Shown: one piece after another, positions 12,830 to 27,844 of the stretch
How the letters are laid out: every line of letters starts with the position of its first letter
How positions within the stretch are numbered: position 1 is the first letter of the stretch
Translations under genes and position numbers: made by a program
Notes under the pieces: generated by a model
The model's input: the letters and a program-made list of their open reading frames with translations, nothing else
Told to the model about the DNA's origin: nothing
Database searches by the model: none
NCBI GenBank assembly: GCA_951406725.2
Contig: OX597828.1
Location: 10,478,001 to 10,542,000, forward strand
Direction of reading: 5' to 3'
Length of the DNA: 64,000 nt
Source: Octopus vulgaris
Lineage: Eukaryota

Positions 12830-13445
12830 GTCCCCTTCTCTCTTCATGCAGCTTCTTGCGTTCGGTTTCAGAGCACTCAATTTCAGCATCACAGACGGAT
12901 TTCCATGCCTTTTGAATAACAGACAGAGCCTCAAACGGACTGGAAAGGACACAGCCTTAGAAGATGGAACCGCTTGAGATGATCAGGAAAATGAATGTTT
13001 GAACGTCCGTGACGCCTACCTCTAGTCTCGATCTCGCTGAGGAGAGCCATCTATTGGGAGCCAGTTAACTGGAATCAGAATTACATGTCCAACCCAGCGG
13101 AGAAGAAGATTAAGGAAGCTGGATTCCACGCTGCAGATCCCAGCCCTGAGGACGATTCGGTGTGAGGGACCTGGTTTTATCACGTGAGATCAGAGATACT
13201 TTGAAGCGGTCTGATATGGAACGCTTCCAGTTGTCTGCTCTGGATACAATAAAGGTTCCAGCACTCAAAACCACACAGGAGGTCGGATAGACAGACAGCT
13301 CGATGAAAGGAAAGTTTTGCATTTGCACTAAGATTATAGCTCCGAAAACTCGTTCGCTGAATCTCCCCAAATATTCCGATGATCTTACGAGGAGCGCAGT
13401 GCAAGAGATCTTTCTTCCAAGTAGCAAAATGGATCCGCCTGCGGT
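12830..13445 (-). mobile_element. Decayed RTE-clade LINE, C-terminal fragment
   Basis: IFGEIQRTSF..NLSANAKLSFHRAVCLSDLLCGFECWNLY....RQLEAFHIRPLQSI, then LLRWVGHVI. These match the RTE post-RT motifs (YRAV.LS.LLYG.E.W; LE.FH.RCLR.I; LRW.GHV). Confidence 0.8.
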
Positions 13446-13705
13446 AGAGAATATTTTAATTTCTTATGAGATACTAAATTACCGAAAGTTGAATGTCTTT
13501 GCTAAAACGTTCAATCTGTAAACTATACCATTTATCTTTAGTTCATATTGAGTTCTCTTACGATTTTTGGTCTTTGATATTTGATGCAAGAATTTTGTCA
13601 AACACATACACACCAGTCTCTCGCACACAAACACACGCACACACACAAACAAACGCATATATAAGCTCACACATGCATGACACACACGCATAAGCACACA
13701 TATAC

Positions 13706-13752
<47 letters not shown>

Positions 13753-13769
13753 TATCTACATATTTTTCA

Positions 13770-14027
13770 ATTAGCCGCCACCCAGATGTGTTTCTCTGCG
13801 TCACGCTAGGAATACCTGCCATCCCGATAACATTTTTTCCCAGTAACGTTTGTAGATCTCCAACTTCATGTATTGCCTGTATAAGACAACCGATGTTTCC
13901 ACAATATGATACTTGCTATTGTCTGCAGTTCATCATCATAGCAGAGGGAGGCAAGTCCTAATATGTCGTCTACTGCTATAGTAAATTTTGATGGACTATA
14001 TCCATAAATCACAAGTCTGTTTATGAT
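13770..14027 (-). mobile_element. Possible highly decayed RT fragment, interrupted by a SINE
   Basis: SPSKFTIAVDDIL...LCYDDEL weakly resembles LSP.LF.I..D....L.YADD. Confidence 0.3.
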
Positions 14028-14028
14028 C

Positions 14029-14265
14029 AGGTGGCGAGCTGGCAGAAACGGTAGCACGCCGGGCGAAATGCGTAGCCGTATTTCGTCTGGCGTTACGTTC
14101 TGAGTTCAAATTCCGCCGAGGTCGACTTTGCCTTTCATCCTTTCGGGGTCGATAAATAAAGTACCAGTTACGCATTGGGGTCGATGTAATCGACTTAATC
14201 CGTTTGTCTGTCCTTGTTTGTCCTCTCTGTGTTTAGCCCCTTGTGGGTAGTAAAGAAATAGGTAT
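14029..14265 (+). mobile_element. SINE type A, young full-length copy with probable TSD
   Basis: Complete head, central domain and tail. The direct repeat tgtttatgat occurs at 14018-14027 and 14271-14280. Confidence 0.9.
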
Positions 14266-14921
14266 ATGTATGTTTATGATTATCTGGTGTATGTCCGGTT
14301 TATTAGTTTTGGCATACAAAATCCCAATTAGATTAGTTTTGTTGGAGCAAGAGTACCACGTAGTTATACGGGACGCGAAAAGTGATGGTTGTACTTAATT
14401 AAAACTGCGCTAACCATAAAGAGTGGCCTTTTGTTCATCGTCATATACTGTAGATCGAGTCGATGATTCTTAGGTACTCTGAAAATAGAGAACAGGGAGG
14501 CAAGATGTTATCAAAATGGAATAAGATGATAGAGTATTTCTATGATCAGTAGTTCTGAAGAGGTGCATTGTATTTAACTGAGAATATTCTTCTGTAATAA
14601 ATGCTGTACGCTAGCCATTGGGATTTCTGTAATTTGACACATGCTCAGAAATGCTGACAGAGATGGAATAGCAGATATTTCCAATACTCAGAAGAGAGGA
14701 TTTTGGTGAAGATTTTATTAAAATATTCAGTGAATGAAAACAATGTAGACAAAAAGAGAGAGAAAGTCAGATAGATTCGGTTAGGTTAAACAGAATTTCC
14801 GCCATCCGAAAACGTTGTAGCAGTGACATGTAACGTAGATTAAGCATACAGTAAGTGCATAAATGTAGATTGCCAATCAGAAAGGCGGACCTTGTTCTAT
14901 ACTAGAATGTAATATATGTTC

Positions 14922-14953
<32 letters not shown>

Positions 14954-15086
14954 TGGCCTGCTCGCTTAGCCAGCGGGGTGGCGTCATTCGAAGGCTAAAA
15001 CAATGCGAACGCATTGTGACCGGCGATGTGTAGCAACATATGATGGTCTAGTCGGTCACGTGATCACGTGATATATATATATATAT

Positions 15087-15148
15087 GATTTTTTTGGATT
15101 TTGATTTTTCCAGTTTCAGCTCATGAGCTGTGGCCATGCTGGGGCACC

Positions 15149-15151
<3 letters not shown>
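15087..15151 (-). mobile_element. Extremely 5'-truncated 3' end of the CR1-group LINE, in (TA)n
   Basis: agtttcagctcatgagctgtggccatgctggggcaccgcc is nearly identical to the LINE tail at 40681-40720. Confidence 0.8.
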
Positions 15152-15195
<44 letters not shown>

Positions 15196-15521
15196 GTGTG
15201 TGTGTGTTATATATATAGACGGGGATAATTTTATTCGTGTGGTGACTATGATGCATTTCTTTGCTCGTAATTTTGGAGTATCCTACGTAGTGTTCTTTTT
15301 CCATGTATATGCATTTAAGTAATTGGTAATTCTGAAGTATGTTATACATATATTGCATTGATGAGTACTTACATGCATCTCTCACTCTATCCTTCTCTCT
15401 CCTCTCTCCCTTTAACTCTCTCCCTCTCTCAATATATATATTCGTAGGTATAATCATTTATATATATATATATATATATATGCCTATATATTCGTACTTG
15501 CACACATATCTATCTATTTGT

Positions 15522-15654
15522 CCGACGTGGCTGTGTGGTAAGAAGTTTGGTTCTCAGCCACCTGGTTCCGGGTTGAGTCCGAGTGTTGCACCTTAGCAAG
15601 TGTCCTCTGCTATAGACTCGGGCGGACTTGGTACACGGAAGCTGAAAGAATCCC

Positions 15655-15657
<3 letters not shown>
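15522..15657 (+). mobile_element. SINE type B, 5' part
   Basis: gtggctgtgtggtaagaagtttg...ggttccgggttgagtcc...gcaagtgtcctctgctatag. Confidence 0.7.
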
Positions 15658-15699
<42 letters not shown>

Positions 15700-16096
15700 C
15701 AAAGCAAATCCATAAATACGAAACAAGGAAAGCGGCAGACATGTTGTACAGAGCATATTAGATTAACGCTCTGTGAAAGTTTTAGATTGAAAAATAGGGA
15801 TAGAAATATCATTTCGAGCATAGTTCTAAATCGGATAAAGGGAAATAGCCAGAGAAGAGGACAAGAAAGAACAAACTGATAGGCAAGAGAAAAGGTTGTT
15901 GGACAGAAATAGAAAATCTGGTTGTTGGAAGCAAGATGAAGCAAAAATTGTCATTGTGTGTCTGCGTGCGTGAGTGTGTTTGTGCATGTTTGTTTGTGCC
16001 TGTGTGTGTGCGATTGTATGTGTGTGTGTGTGTATGCTTGTGTGTGTAAGAAAGTATGTGCGTGTGCATTTGATAATTGTATGTGAAGAATAGATA

Positions 16097-16640
16097 GGCG
16101 TGGCTGTGTGGTGAGAAATTAGCTTCTCAACCATATGGTTCTGGGTTTAGTACCGCTACGTGTCACCTTGGGCAAGTGTCTTCTACGATATCCTCGGGTT
16201 CTCGAAAGCATTGAGACTGTATTTTATATATGGAATCTGAAAAAAGCCTGTTGTGTGTATGTGTGTGCGCGCGTGCGCGCATGTGTGTACTTCTATCTGT
16301 ATTAGTCCCCCACCACTAATTGACAACCTATTTCTTTACTACCCACAAGGAGCTAAACATAGAGGGGACAAACAAGGACAGACAAACAGATTAAGTCGAT
16401 TACATCGACCTCAAATCGTAACTGGTACTTGGTTTATCGACCCCGAAAGGATGAAAGGCAAAGTCGACAAACAGCGTTGGTGTGTTTACGGCCGTGTAAG
16501 CTACTGGTTCGGCAAAAATAACATAACCGATTCAATAAAAACTACACTAAAAATGCTCGTGGGGGGGATTCGTTCTGAGAAAAATTCTTCAAAGTAGAAT
16601 CCTGCTTGGTCGCAGTCTAATGACTGATACAAGTGATAGA
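16097..16640 (+). mobile_element. SINE type B with a nested antisense SINE A 3' half (16327-16468)
   Basis: B head at 16097. The B body is interrupted after tgacaa by cctatttctttactacccacaagg...ggcaaagtcgac and resumes at aacagcgttggtgtgtttacg. Confidence 0.75.
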
Positions 16641-17305
16641 TGTTTTTGTTTCCGTGCGCATGCGTGTGTGTTTGCGTGACCGAGTATCGAGTAACGGGTT
16701 TCGCAGAACGCTTGTATTGCGTGTGTGCGAGTGTGTATGTGTGTGCGTTCGTGTGTGTGTGTGTGTTTGTTAGTGTGTGTGGTGTGTATGAGGGTGGAAC
16801 TAACAGGTGAGTAGTAGCAGGGTGTAGCAGTAGCTTAATGTGGGGTCGAGAGGCTGGTTGATGAGTCGAGTGTGTATTGGGTGTGTACGTATGTATTTAT
16901 GCGTGTTCTTATGAGTGTGTGTGTACATGAGTGTATGTAAATATGTGTGTATTTGTATGTGTGTATGTATGTGTATGTATATTTGCGTGTGTACGCTGGT
17001 GTGTATGTGTGAATCAATGTATATGAGGGATTTTTTTACATGCTTATGATTATATGTAAATGTGTGTGTGTCTATGTTTTATGTATAAGGTAATGTAAAT
17101 TTTGCATGTGTGTGGATGAGTGTGGAAGATATACAGAGAGGAGAAAGTAGAGAAAAGTAGAATGAGACAGGTGCGAGAAATAAAAGTATGGAAGTCGGAA
17201 GCTGTTGCATGAAGGAGCGGGGGAAATCTGGTGTTGATGCGTCCATGGTGTAAGACCAGGCCATGGTGTAAGCCTATGGTGTAAGACACACACCGTGCAC
17301 AAACA

Positions 17306-17532
17306 TTCTTATTTCTTTACTGCCCACAAGGGGTTACACACAGAGGAGACAAACAAGGACAGACAAGTGGGTTAAGTCGATTATATCGACCCCAGTGCGT
17401 AATTGGTACTTATTTAATCGACTCCGAAAGAATGAAAGGCAAAGTGACCTCGGCGAAATTTGAACTCAGAACGTAGCGGCAGACGAAATACCACTAAGCA
17501 TTTCTCCCGGCGTGCTAACGTTTCTGCCAGCT
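17306..17532 (-). mobile_element. SINE type A
   Basis: Near full-length reverse complement of type A. Confidence 0.9.
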
Positions 17533-17627
17533 CCGGATACATAGCGGCAAAACTAGGTACGTTTAAGGCAATACATGTTGATACAGGAAATACAAGGACA
17601 GTCATGTGTGTGTTTGTGTGTGTGTGA

Positions 17628-17663
<36 letters not shown>

Positions 17664-17817
17664 CAGGGAGAGAGTGAGAGGCTGGGAGGGAGAGAAAGAG
17701 AGAGTGTGTATGTATATTTTATGTTTTATCCATTACTTTTTCAGTCATTAAACTGCGGCCATGCCGGGGCACTGATTCGAAATTTTTAGCCGAGTGATTC
17801 GACCCCAGTACTTCTTT

Positions 17818-18005
17818 GGGATCTTTTCTGTTTGGTTACCAGCGGCTCCTTAAAAAAACAGTCTACCGAAAGTTTTAAAATTTGGCACAGTAATTCACTT
17901 GCCAAAACTAAATTACTGGAGTTGTTTTTTGTTTTTTTTCAGAAAAATATTTAAAAAAGTTATAGAGGCTTAAAATTTGCTCATTGTCACCTAGTTAGAG
18001 AACAG
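17818..18005. mobile_element. Single end of a GGATCTTTTCT-terminated MITE
   Basis: gggatcttttctgttt matches the TIR start at 34705. No partner end was found. Confidence 0.4.
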
Positions 18006-18024
18006 GGCTATCTATCTCTCTGCA

Positions 18025-18221
<197 letters not shown>

Positions 18222-18508
18222 TCCTGAAAGAGAATGGTTTCTTTTAGAGGCCTGCGAACCTAAAAGTCTCATAGAACCGAATCAAACTCATTTGAATTAC
18301 ACACACATACACACAACCACGCACACACACAACCACGCACACACACAAATACTCACACATACACACATACACATATATACAAGCAGAAGTATATATGCAT
18401 ACACACACGTGAACGTATACTCAGAAATATAGACACATTCACACACACACGTATGTAGACATATATAATTGGCTGGATGTATGCACCTTTGTTCTTGTAT
18501 GATATACT

Positions 18509-18574
<66 letters not shown>

Positions 18575-18603
18575 CATTTATATATATGTGTATATATCTA
18601 TAT

Positions 18604-18659
<56 letters not shown>

Positions 18660-18987
18660 CTCTGTATGCTTGTATGGCTGTAAAGAGTTTGAAAGTACTG
18701 AATTTTATACATATTAAAACAAACACAAGAAGATACATCGTGCATAAAGACTTTAGCTCACAGACAATTAATCGTGTACACAAACAGATATGCTTCTTTA
18801 TAAATATCAAAGTTACCTTCATTCATATACATATTCTGTTCTTTTGTTGTTTTCTGCGCATGAGAAAGCATATCATACTACGAAGATGAAATGCTTTACG
18901 TAAGTAATGCATGTGCTTATGGGCGTATGTATGTGCGCATGTGTGTGAGCGTACTTAAGTATCTATCTGTATATGAATATGTATAAC

Positions 18988-19065
<78 letters not shown>

Positions 19066-19472
19066 TATACATATATATACACACACATATATATATACAT
19101 ATACATAGCATATGCATCTTTTAGTAATATGTACAAATTAGCATTAATGCGGCTTTGTAGTTTTACTAAGCAATATCTGTGAACGGAAAGAAAGTATTAA
19201 AACAAAAGAGCTCGAAGCTGATGGCATCTTCAATTGTTGTTTGTATTCTTTCTATTCCGGTCAGGAATAGCCTCATTAAAGCAACGCTATCTCTAGTAGA
19301 GCATTATTTCGAATGTTAAGCGAAGCGAGACCTCATGCAAATCAAGCTAAAGTAACAATTTCAAATCACCGAGATAGGGCAAGAAGAGAGATTGTATGTA
19401 AGAGCGAAAGAATGCGAGAATGGGATGGATGAGAGTGAGAGAAAGTAAGCGAATGATTGTGTGTGTGTGTGC

Positions 19473-19507
<35 letters not shown>

Positions 19508-22139
19508 TGTGTGTGTATTGTGCGTGAGAGAGGAAAAGAAATATATGATATATAAAAAAAATTGCCCGAGAAAAAGAGACAGACAGACGGAGAAAAATAC
19601 AAAGCAGTAATAAGAAATGAAAGGTAATGTGAGCTGTTTATTTTTGTGTGTTGTGTGCGTGTGCTATGGAAAGAGATACTGAGAAAAAGAGGAAAAAATA
19701 CTTCTTTTGTGATTAAATTAGTTTCAATAAGGACAGTACAATAATAGACGTGTTGCTTGAATAACGGGAAACTAATTATTGCCAATATCTTGTAAGAAAC
19801 GGATTAATATATTGTTTTTAATGAAAGACTAAACACCAGTTTCTGATTGAGATGAACAATGTATTAGCAGAATGTTTTGTGTTGATTTGTGTGTTTTTCT
19901 TCTGCGTCTGTTAATATTAAACTTGCTGCTGTTGCTGTTGTACGTGTTATTGCTGTCGCCCTTGCTGCTGCCGCTGCCACTTCTGCCGCTGCTGCTGCTG
20001 CCGTTGTTGTTTCATTGCTTATTGCAAATATATTTATTAATGGTGATTGATATCGTGGGTCTTGAGCTCCAGGTCAACCTTTGTTCAAAAAGAATATGAT
20101 CAAAAACATTCTGATCATGAGCAAGGCAAGGCTACATTGCTCCAGAGAGAAATCTATGATTTACCAGAAAATTCGCTGTTGTTTCCAGCTAATCAAACGA
20201 CCATCGTTCGTCTCATTACTGCAGTTATTGTTCGAAATTGTATCGTTACAAAATACACGTTCTTGTCTGGATTCTAATGTAAGGAAGATAAGCTATATGA
20301 CGAACTAATTTCTTTTCACTTCCTTTTTACTATGAGAACTATCTTCTTTTATAGGTTCAATAGAATACTTTCCTTTGCATAAATGGCAGCCATCTTTTAG
20401 CCTGTGTCACCATTCAGTATCATTCTATAGACCATTATCCAGAAATATCTATTGTTCGTAAAATAGTGCATCTATGTATCTATAACTGAATGCATGAATG
20501 CATTTATAGATGTACAAACACTCATATACGCACTTTCGTGTAGAATATATATATATATGTATATATGTATGTATGTATATATATTCGCATGTACATATAT
20601 GTATTATGTATATGTATATGCATGTACATATATATTCATATATATGTATTTATCTACCTACCAATGTATTATCTCTCTCTCTCCCTTTCTCTGTATGTGC
20701 GTGTGCGTGTCGGTGCATGAGTGTATATGTGAATATATCTATCTGACATCTTGTATGATGGTATTGTATGTTGAAATGTACGCATTCGACAAGGTAGTGT
20801 CGATGGCATGGTATGTAAGAAGTCTGTTTGTTTATGCATTTTATCAATATATTTGGTATAACAAACATAACCCTATATGTATCCCTTCAATTCAATTCTA
20901 ATCCATTTTTATATCAAAGGATCAATGATACTACACGAATTTTATTTTAAGTAACAACCATTGCAATGATACAAAAAGCTGAAAAACTGAAATGAATTTG
21001 TTCGCTATCGAGGGAAGGAAACGTCTGCCATATTGAAGATTAGTTCGCGTGGTGATAAAAATTTAGTAGATTTTGCAAAAATATAATGGGTGACAGAATG
21101 ATAGTTTGACATTTTACTGGAAATAAGTTTGTCAGCTCTTGACGTTTCTTCTTTTCTATGTGTCTACCATAACTGCATATTCAGAAAGACGGTTATAGTC
21201 TGAGCAGCATTTTACCAATATAAAATAGTAAGATGTTAACTTTTAATAAAAAATATTAACGTTGTAAAATGTACCGTTCCGCCATTTGCTTTTTGACTTG
21301 TGTGTTGTCTATCTAGAGAATAATTATTATCGGGTATTTTGATGTTTAACTTAAATGCTTACCGAGTTTTAAGCAACGGTCGAAAATCTGCGCAGTGGTA
21401 TGTAATATAAGTTTCAGAACTGCGATGTCGTGTACAGTTCCGGAAATTAAGTCAATCATATACACACACTATTTTACAAATGCAAGAGCGCCATAACTAC
21501 TACCACACAATTACAGACATATGCAGAAAATATGGTGCAGACGCATGTAAATGATTGCAGACAATCACATATACACGCATATACACATACACAGAGTTAA
21601 AGAACAGTAACGCCATAAAAACATCACCGTATAAATATATATATACAGAAACCCTATAAGAATTTATATGCCTAGATTAATTCAATAATCAGTTTCAACA
21701 AAGAGCAATTAGAGATACTTTTTAGCTTGTATTCAGACAAGTGTAATATGGCCAACAGAAATTTTACATAATTAATAGGCTAATTAGTAATTTAGTTAAT
21801 TAATATGCGCTGGCAAATTCTTACTGATATTTAATTGGGAAAAATTGGAGTCTGTTACTGACAGTATTGTTCGTAGGAAGTTTTAGGTTCCTTCATTCAA
21901 TGCTGAATAAAATTGAAACTCTTGATAAAGTAATAGCTATAAGAAAATAGTTGTGAATCTCTTCCCATGTTGTCGAGAGATTGATATGGTTTATCAACAG
22001 GAACTATTTACGGTTCGTGGCAAGATTACCTTTATTAAAATTACTCATACATTTTCATTTGTAATCTCCCTGCAATTATGTGTGGGCATATATATATATA
22101 TATCAATAATAAAGGGTGAAATTAATTAATTTAGAAATA

Positions 22140-22295
22140 ATCATTAATTTCACCAAGTAGAGTTCGGCATGTAAAAGACCCATTCAAGGAAGGTTTAAGT
22201 AATACTAAGTAATTAAGGGTTCAGCAACGATTTGCCTCACCACACACCAAATTTAGAAATAGCAGTCAAAATGTTTTGGCTATTCTTTCTACTTA
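22140..22295 (+). mobile_element. Inverted homologue of the 1011-1165 repeat (putative PLE terminus)
   Basis: ccaagtagagttcggcatgtaaaaga...agggttcagcaacgatttgcctcaccacacaccaaatttagaaatagcag matches the reverse complement of 1011-1165. Confidence 0.55.
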
Positions 22296-22620
22296 AAAGG
22301 GAGATCCCAGTAAAAACAAAGCACTTAAAAAACAAACGACGCATATATGTATTTATGTAAACCAATGTATATATATGGTTATATATATCTGTATATATAT
22401 ACATATATATATATATATATACAGATATATATATAACCATATATATACATAGGTTTACATAAATATATATATATATGGATTACATATTTATGAGTATAAC
22501 ACACTAACACAAGACGCATATGCATATATGTGTGTATTAAACTCATCCCACTATACACATATATGTATACCTCCATTTATGTATATACATATATTTACAT
22601 ATATTTATTTCTCTTTTTTT

Positions 22621-22654
<34 letters not shown>

Positions 22655-23299
22655 TTATCTATCTATCAATGTGTGTGTGCGTGTGTGTGTGGTGGGGTAT
22701 AAAACAAGAAGAAATTACTTAGAATACTTTATCACTTTTAACCAAGCAGCTACTGTTTTTCCTCGTTTTAAGGCGACTTTTTCATCCTGGTAAAACAAAA
22801 CTGAAATTAACAAAACTTTCATAATATCAGTTCGGTACCTTCACATATCTTCTAATGAATATCAGCATGTGACGTGTATAAGAAAACATGTGAAATTCAT
22901 AAGCTTATACCATGAGATTAATTTATATGAAGCTTTTGCCCCTGTTTTAAAAAGTTGAAATAAGACGACAGAAAATAGTGGTAGCTTAGTAAAAAATGTA
23001 CATATTGTCATTTTGTTTATTATAGAGTTTTCTAAGTATTGTCTGTTTCCTTTTCTTTTTCTTTTTTCTTTTTGTTTGTTTGCAATACGAATTTACTCTT
23101 GTGAAACCTCCCACTCCTCGAAATACGTACGCACATATATAGATAGATAGATACATACATACATATAAATATATATACACACGCATGCATATATATATAT
23201 ATATATATATCCTCCGTCTTCCCTTCCTTCCTGAGCATCCAATAATACTATATTTGTTTCACGTCCTCGCGTTGTTGTGTGTTTTCATGCTTGGATTAA

Positions 23300-23406
<107 letters not shown>

Positions 23407-23476
23407 CAATTGTTTGTTTGTTTCCCACCTGCCTTCGTCTTTTGTCTATTTTCATAAAGCTTCCCGTATATATATA

Positions 23477-23539
<63 letters not shown>

Positions 23540-23930
23540 ACGAAGCATTGGTGCAAACGAACTAAATAAAGCTTGCAGCTCTCTATATAATTCAGTCAAC
23601 AGGTTATCTGATTTGAACATCACAGGATGTTAATCACTTCTTGCAAACATGAAGGGACAAACATCGCTCTATGATTCATCCACTAATGCAGTATCGCCTG
23701 GTTTAAGGAATCAACCTGATGCCCATGGATAATACGGACTATACTGTGCTAATCTCAAGCATACCAACTTTGATGTGAAAATTATGTAATTTGTGGAAAC
23801 GTGCGTAGCAATGTATTAAATATTTATAAATTCCATCCTAGAATTATTGTTATTGTATATATATATATGTATTATTGTAATTGTATATGTACATAAATTT
23901 ATATGTATATATATATTTATATATACATAC

Positions 23931-23985
<55 letters not shown>

Positions 23986-24194
23986 GGTATGTATGTATAT
24001 ATAACTACATATACATATACACACATATAAATGTATATATGTATATACATATGTATAGATAGAGGGATAGATATAGATTTATGTGGATGCTTGATATATA
24101 CTCACATACACACCAATATGCTTGTATATATATGTATAAATACATATATATACGTGTATATATGTGTGTGTAGATATATATATATATGTATATA

Positions 24195-24245
<51 letters not shown>

Positions 24246-24268
24246 GTATATATACATATATGTATATA

Positions 24269-24306
<38 letters not shown>

Positions 24307-24312
24307 CGTGAA

Positions 24313-24353
<41 letters not shown>

Positions 24354-25026
24354 CGTAAAGTTGGATGAATTCAATTTTTCTTTATTATAACAGCATTTTC
24401 CCTTAGCCCTATCGCGCTATCAAGTCTTTTGGTCATCATCAATATTTGTGCTTTCAGTTATATATCGGAAACAAATTCGTTCTGTTGGAGTTAATACATT
24501 TCTAGACAATTGAATACACGATGAAATAGCAAATAGTAGGCTTTAGTGAAGTTAAACAGCACAACTGAGACTGGAATATCAATCGAAAATTCGGCTCATC
24601 GGAAGCAGACGGCCAATCTGCAAGGCTCATCTACGTTATTAAATACTTATTTGTAAAGATTAATTCATGTTCCGCCATTAACGAGGAAACATTATTTTCA
24701 CATTCGAAGATGAATTTAGTTTTAAGTTTACCCGAGGGTACACTCTGGAAATTTCTGCTGAAAAATTGTGATAAGATAACCTAATATAATGATTGATTAA
24801 CATCATGATATATCTTTGCTGTTCTGAAGTGCTACAGCTTGCCGAGTTTGTTTTTCTCCTGAAAACACTCCCCAATATAAAACGGCTGAAATTACCAATG
24901 AAAATAGTGTAATCTCTATTGAAATATTTATAGACGCAATATAGAAAACGCAGGGTGAATGGGACTCACATATTTTTACTGTACGTTTACATTCTTAAAA
25001 TAACGTACTATAACCTTCGCTCTATA

Positions 25027-25420
<394 letters not shown>

Positions 25421-25789
25421 TAGAAAAATATTTTGGGTAGATAAGAGTTCACAAAATTTTATGCCAGCACATCACTGGTATTTGTTATATTAATGCGACA
25501 AATAACTTTCTGTTTTGTCATGTAATCTATTAATAACGATATGTTTATGAGCAGGATGTTTGCTGAATATTAAAGAGTGTACTCACCCTCTAATGAAATC
25601 CAAACACGATGGTAATGATTATAGCAAATCGGTTCTCTCGTTCTCCCCTACTATCTGTCTGTCATGCGCCCTCTTTCTCTTTTTCTATCTGTCTTACTAT
25701 TCCTCTACTTATATATATATATATGTGTGCATGGGCGTATACATACATATATATACATACATACATGCATACATACATACATACCTACA

Positions 25790-25848
<59 letters not shown>

Positions 25849-25910
25849 ATATATATAGGGATACATACATGTATGTATGTATATATGCATACGTTTTATT
25901 TATTATTTCG

Positions 25911-25954
<44 letters not shown>

Positions 25955-25955
25955 G

Positions 25956-25990
<35 letters not shown>

Positions 25991-26059
25991 AGTTAAGACT
26001 CAATTGAATCAGGTGCTTAAATTCAGACACCTTGCTAGTTCGTTATAATCTGCAGACCT

Positions 26060-26490
26060 CAATAATATTATTTCAAATATTCAATATCAAGAGTCTGTGT
26101 AGAGGTATTTGTACCTAATAATCCTTTCATGCAAGCAGACAAATCCAACAAACTAAGTGAAGATATCCGCTCTTGGTAATTCAGGCATGTGCTTCTTATA
26201 AAGGTACTGTCTGTAGTATTTCATTTTGGAGATGAATTTTAGCCCTTGGAGAATAACTACTTTGTCTTCAAAGACAACTTCTTTCGACAAAAATCGGGGA
26301 CTGCGATTGGTATGATACTGGCCCCCTTCCTTTGCTAACCTAGTCATGGGATGTCTAGAAATTAGTCTTTATCGTAGGATACTACAAAAATACGGTAACC
26401 CATGATCCCTCTAGATAGAAAATAACTGGAAGGGATATCTGGATCATTGTTTCATTCTTTGCCATGAAAGTATAAAGAGAATTTAAAGCA
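26060..26490 (+). mobile_element. Penelope-like element reverse transcriptase fragment (decayed)
   Basis: From 26246 it reads LENNYFVFKDNFFRQKSGTAIGMILAP/SFANLVMGCLE...NNWKGYLDHCFIL. This matches the PLE RT motifs (N.F.F....Y.Q..GTAMG...APSYANL.M..LE; W.RY.DD.F). FNIKSL upstream resembles FDV.SLY. Confidence 0.85.
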
Positions 26491-26500
26491 CTAATATATG

Positions 26501-26596
<96 letters not shown>

Positions 26597-26674
26597 GAAG
26601 AGAGACTAACTGACTAATGTTGATGTCTTTGTGATCAGATTGATTCCTCAGCACTCAGCATCACATCAGACTAT

Positions 26675-26706
<32 letters not shown>

Positions 26707-27564
26707 TAAAGAAACAAAGGAAAGGAACTCTTTCAGAGGGTGTGTAAGCATTCAGTTCATTGGTACGCCAGTTGATTACTACATACTTAATGGTAAAATG
26801 CAAATTGCAAATAAATTAAATAGAGAGACTGACATTAAAAAAAATCATTAAAAAAAGGAAATAGCCAACAATTTCTTTTGGACTTATATACATTGTTTGT
26901 TTTATAAACAACACTTATCCACTAATATAAGTGTTTTCAGTGCTTTGGTTTGTACACAGATGAAATTCCGTATGAAAGGACGGCTGGATTGTAAAAATAT
27001 CACTTCAAATACCTATATATTAAGAGCATAAGCTTCAAGTATATAGCAATTTCAATTTAAAATAACAACAAAATTATAACGGACAGAATAATTAAGTATA
27101 TAGAATTTACAACTATCGAAATATATTTCTATACATCTCAAATAATATCAATCCAAACTCGTTTATGTTGAAGACAATCTTTGGCTTTTATAATAATTAA
27201 CAACAACACTATATATAGGTATATAAATTAAATATCAGGGTCTTACTTAATCTGGTGACTGTAATAAAACGTGCAAATAAATATAAATGATAACATATTA
27301 TTATATTGGTGATGTATAGCAACTCTTCTCTTTTATTTAAAGTTATTGATATAAAAATATTGTTTAAAGTAACTAACAAATAAATGTTCTTTATTTATTT
27401 AGTATATCGAAGGGAGAATTTCGTAATAAATTTGAAGAGAAGCCTAACCAAAATGTTCTCTATTTAGCTAATTTATCGGAAGGAGAATTCTGTAATAAAT
27501 ATGAAAATATATGCATATATGTATGCGTTGATAAATATACACACATATATGTATATGTTGATAG

Positions 27565-27570
27565 AGATAA

Positions 27571-27643
<73 letters not shown>

Positions 27644-27774
27644 TAGATAGATAGATAGATATATAGATAGATAGTAGATAGATAGATAGATAGTAGATAG
27701 ATAGATAGATAGATAGATTAATAGATAGACAGACAGACAGCCAGCCAGCCAGCCAGACAGACAGACAGACAGAC

Positions 27775-27843
<69 letters not shown>
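27565..27843. repeat. (GATA)n compound microsatellite
   Basis: Visible. Confidence 0.95.

Positions 27844-27844
<1 letters not shown>

Noticed and set aside
14029-14120. tRNA gene calls from A/B boxes
   Set aside because: The boxes belong to multi-copy SINE heads that continue into SINE bodies; no complete cloverleaf was verified.
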